Positions 61,121 to 64,000 of a DNA stretch of 64,000 nucleotides are shown piece by piece. Made by a program: the position numbers and the translations under genes. Origin of the DNA: Takakia lepidozioides (Eukaryota; Plantae; Bryophyta); assembly GCA_030704615.1 (NCBI GenBank), contig CM060734.1, positions 16,244,001-16,308,000 on the forward strand. Reading direction: 5' to 3'. Numbering within the stretch: the first letter of the stretch is position 1; every line of letters starts with the position of its first letter. Under the pieces are notes generated by a model. That model did not search any database and was not told the origin of the DNA. It saw only the letters and a program-made list of their open reading frames with translations.

Positions 61121-61306
61121 AGTGCTTCAAATATCAGCACTTTGTGCACCTTACTTCCGGGACAACCCAGGTTCAATGGTTCCACCGTCCTTAGAACTCC
61201 CACATAGAGTGGACCAATTGCACACCAACTTTGGCTAGTCCAAACTTAAACACTTGGGAGTAATTAAACCCCAACCAAATGGGGACGTATTGGCTTTGTC
61301 TTTCTC

Positions 61307-62133
61307 TCACATGCCTCTCTGCAATATAATCTGGAGATGGCAATCAGAAGTTGGCAGTAGTGCTAATGTTGAAGCATGCAAAGCCTTGTTGAGGGGCAGC
61401 CCAGCCACAGCACTTCCCTCAATTCCGCACTCATTGGTGCCTCGCACAATCCGGAACGAACCATTCTGTGACAATCAAACAAACTCTCAGTTTAAGGTTT
61501 CCAAGGAAGGACATGGTAGATATGTACAGATAACAACCAAAGGGGCAACCTCAACGAGACATAACATATAGTGCCTTAGGCAGTAGACCTGGCAAAGGTA
61601 CTGACTTGTATGGCCGCAGGTGTAGAATACTCGTTTAGTTACCAAGTCAGCAGATCAGCCGTGCTGACATATGCAGTGGCAATAACTTTCTTTAGACAGT
61701 ATAAGCACTGCAGTGAATAACCCAACAAGAGAGACTGACACAGTCTGCAGTAGGCTTATGGCCATATATGCTGTAACCTCTTTTGGAAGACAGAGAGAAA
61801 GACGTCCAGAGTGCAGAAGAACCTACCTCACCCCATGACCGATTCCATGAATTCACAATCAGCTGCACAGATATTACAGCTTAACTCCAATCGGGTCAGA
61901 TATTGTACAACATTGCTTAAACTTTAAAATCACACTTCCAAAGAGCTTATGGGTTGCAAGTAATTAAAATTCACAGATCATGAGCACAGTCAGAACACTT
62001 CATCTAAAATCGCACGCACCCAATAATCAATGCCTTCACAAGTGGTACCCCAGCCAATGAGCTTCACAGCATGGCCTCCCATGTAGTTGCCATCCAAATG
62101 CTTGTACACACCTGTCTTGTAATGAGCAAAGTC
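61307..62133 (-). CDS. Cathepsin B-like papain-family cysteine protease, last three exons (62020-62133, 61827-61862, 61307-61465)
   Basis: [27 protein letters not shown] / [12 protein letters not shown] / [25 protein letters not shown] phase-0 introns. Catalytic His and Asn present. Confidence 0.93.
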
Positions 62134-62552
62134 CTGCCAGTTCAAAGGCATGATGAAAAGCGATTCAACTTGTTGGACAACAAAAAGCACAGCCACTGTC
62201 CATTTTTAGTGAGATGCTGCAATCAGTTTTTTACTACAACAAGACTAGAATTGCAGTAGTCTGCAGTTACAGATGGCACCCACTGTACCAAGTGTAATGT
62301 ATCTGGGATGTCACTCCAAAATCAGCCAGAAATGTAGACTTTCCTGGAACGGTGATTTCAGTACAAAAAGATGTTTAGCTTCCCATGGGCACCCTTTTGG
62401 GAAGCATGCAGCTGTCTGTATGCTGGCAAGGCTCATAATCTCAAATAGTATATCATAACACCATACAGACAGCAACATATGTCCAACATCAGATATCCTA
62501 AGTTAAACAACTCTATATCTTGGAAGCAGGATCACCCTGTCAAACAGGCTAA

Positions 62553-64000
62553 GTCCTGGCGGAAGAGAATGGACTCATAAGACGTTGTTTGCTGTAGCCG
62601 TGTGGCCATTGACCCCTGGCGGAAGAGATTGTATTCATAAGACGTTGTTTGCCGTAGCCTTGTGGCCATTGACCCCGCGCCCAGTTTGAGCGGGAACAAA
62701 AGGGACAGAACCTACCTCTGTCAGGGGCTGACGTTGGTAGTAAGACTTACCTTCATATATAGAATTAATCCGGGTTTTCCAGATATCCTCTAGAAATCCC
62801 TTCGCACAAGCATCAATCTGCTGTGTGTGATTTGCCCAAAAACTAGGCCTCAGGAGGGCCTGGGCTTTTGGCTCAGCCTCGAGACTTTCAAAGCTGGTAA
62901 ACAGGGGTACAGGCACAATTCCTTGATAGAATTGAAGAGAGCGTCTCTTTGGTGAGAGAACCCCGGACAGTGTATCAGAAAATGAATACTGTCTTCAGAT
63001 TGCCCACACAGCGGGCAATTGCACTCTCCCTTTCCTCTCTGCTTCTGTTTGCTGTTCAAAGGTAGGCTTCCTGCCCTGAGTTTAAATTTCAGTCTAGTGC
63101 CGAGAGTGGGTAGACCCTTGAGGTCATCCAAGATGTCCTCCCCCATGTCACTGACTGGAAACAAGGTCAGGGAAGTTTTCTGCCTAACTTCAATTTCATC
63201 AGACAATCTCATGGCAACAGACATGGCTTTGGACACTACAGCCTCTAAGTTAGTCAGATTTATCCAGCAGGGTCAAGACTTGCGGATCCAGGTCCAGGTC
63301 CTTGAGAATCTCTTCTGCCAGGACTGAGCCTGTTTGACAGGACGGATTCATCTCGTCGGGAGCTTAAGGACGGAATGCCAAACTCACCCCGAACAGCCAC
63401 ATTGGCTGTTTTGGAGCATGCTGACATACACTCCTTAAGCACCCCCACTTGAATGGATTCTAGAGACTTAGCCTGGTTGGAGTTATCAACCCATATTGCA
63501 GATCCGTACTCCAAGGCAGGTCTAATAACGCGACAAAGCATGGTTTTCTTAACCTCAGAGTTGACCCCTCTGCAGTGGAAAAATTTAGTGAGCCCAGGAG
63601 CTTTGCCCTTGCCAGTTTGAACAACTTTCCGGATATGTGCATCCCAATTACAATTGGAGGAAAACTCAACGCCCAGGTAAGTGTAGGAAGGGAGGACCGG
63701 GATCTCTTGGCTACCCCACTGCCACTTAAGATCACTTCCTCCCTCTCCTCTGTCGTTGAATGCTCCCACTGCACATTTGCTGACATTAGCCTCTAGCCCC
63801 CAAAAATCAAAGTATCTCTTCGCGCAATCAATCAACTCCTGGAGATTGGTTGGAGTCTCCCCTATGCCTGCGAAGTCAACCGCAAACATAAGGGCTGGTA
63901 TGGTGGTATCACCCACCCTAAACCCAAATCCCTCACTTTCCACATCCTCGAGGAGTTGATTGATGAAAACATTGAAGAGCAGAGGGGAGAGAGTACATCC
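62553..64000 (-). mobile_element. LINE 3' part (RT C-half, CCHC finger), probably within a cathepsin-B intron
   Basis: LSPLLFNVFIN, LMFA(V)DF, NVSKC, YTYLG, RPALEYG, CPLC..HFLIHC. ~60-bp tandem duplication at its 3' end. Confidence 0.88.

Overview
Repeat-dense eukaryotic DNA, most likely from a non-seed land plant (PLS-type PPR fragments, spliceosomal introns, plant cathepsin-B exons). It is almost entirely nested and truncated transposable elements; the only host gene is the 3' end of a cathepsin-B-like gene (61307-62133, minus). The standout is a young, near-complete 12-kb Ty3/Gypsy-type element (18705-30781, 4-bp TSD GAAC). Its pol carries a complete DNMT3-like C5 cytosine methyltransferase between protease and RT, and a PHD finger after the integrase. 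Instead of two normal LTRs it has split direct repeats (A-internal-B-A-B) joined by a palindromic CA|GC|TG junction. It has no tRNA PBS, but a hairpin loop inside repeat A is complementary to the PBS position (possible self-priming). A second, diverged family member (31795-32999, minus) repeats the B-A-B end. The element is inserted in a GCM/SWIM Mutator-like transposase that lies head-to-head with an intron-containing ParB/Srx + beta-class N6A/N4C-methyltransferase-like gene (about 9800-15376, minus). Also present: a hAT element with a palindromic subterminal array, chromovirus Gypsy copies, a non-chromovirus Gypsy with an unknown extra 5' ORF, a Dualen-like LINE with a PCIF1-like methylase remnant, a CACTA remnant, a second MULE, another LINE, and two clean inversions with 3-4 bp microhomology. 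All calls are from motif reading by eye; no searches were run.
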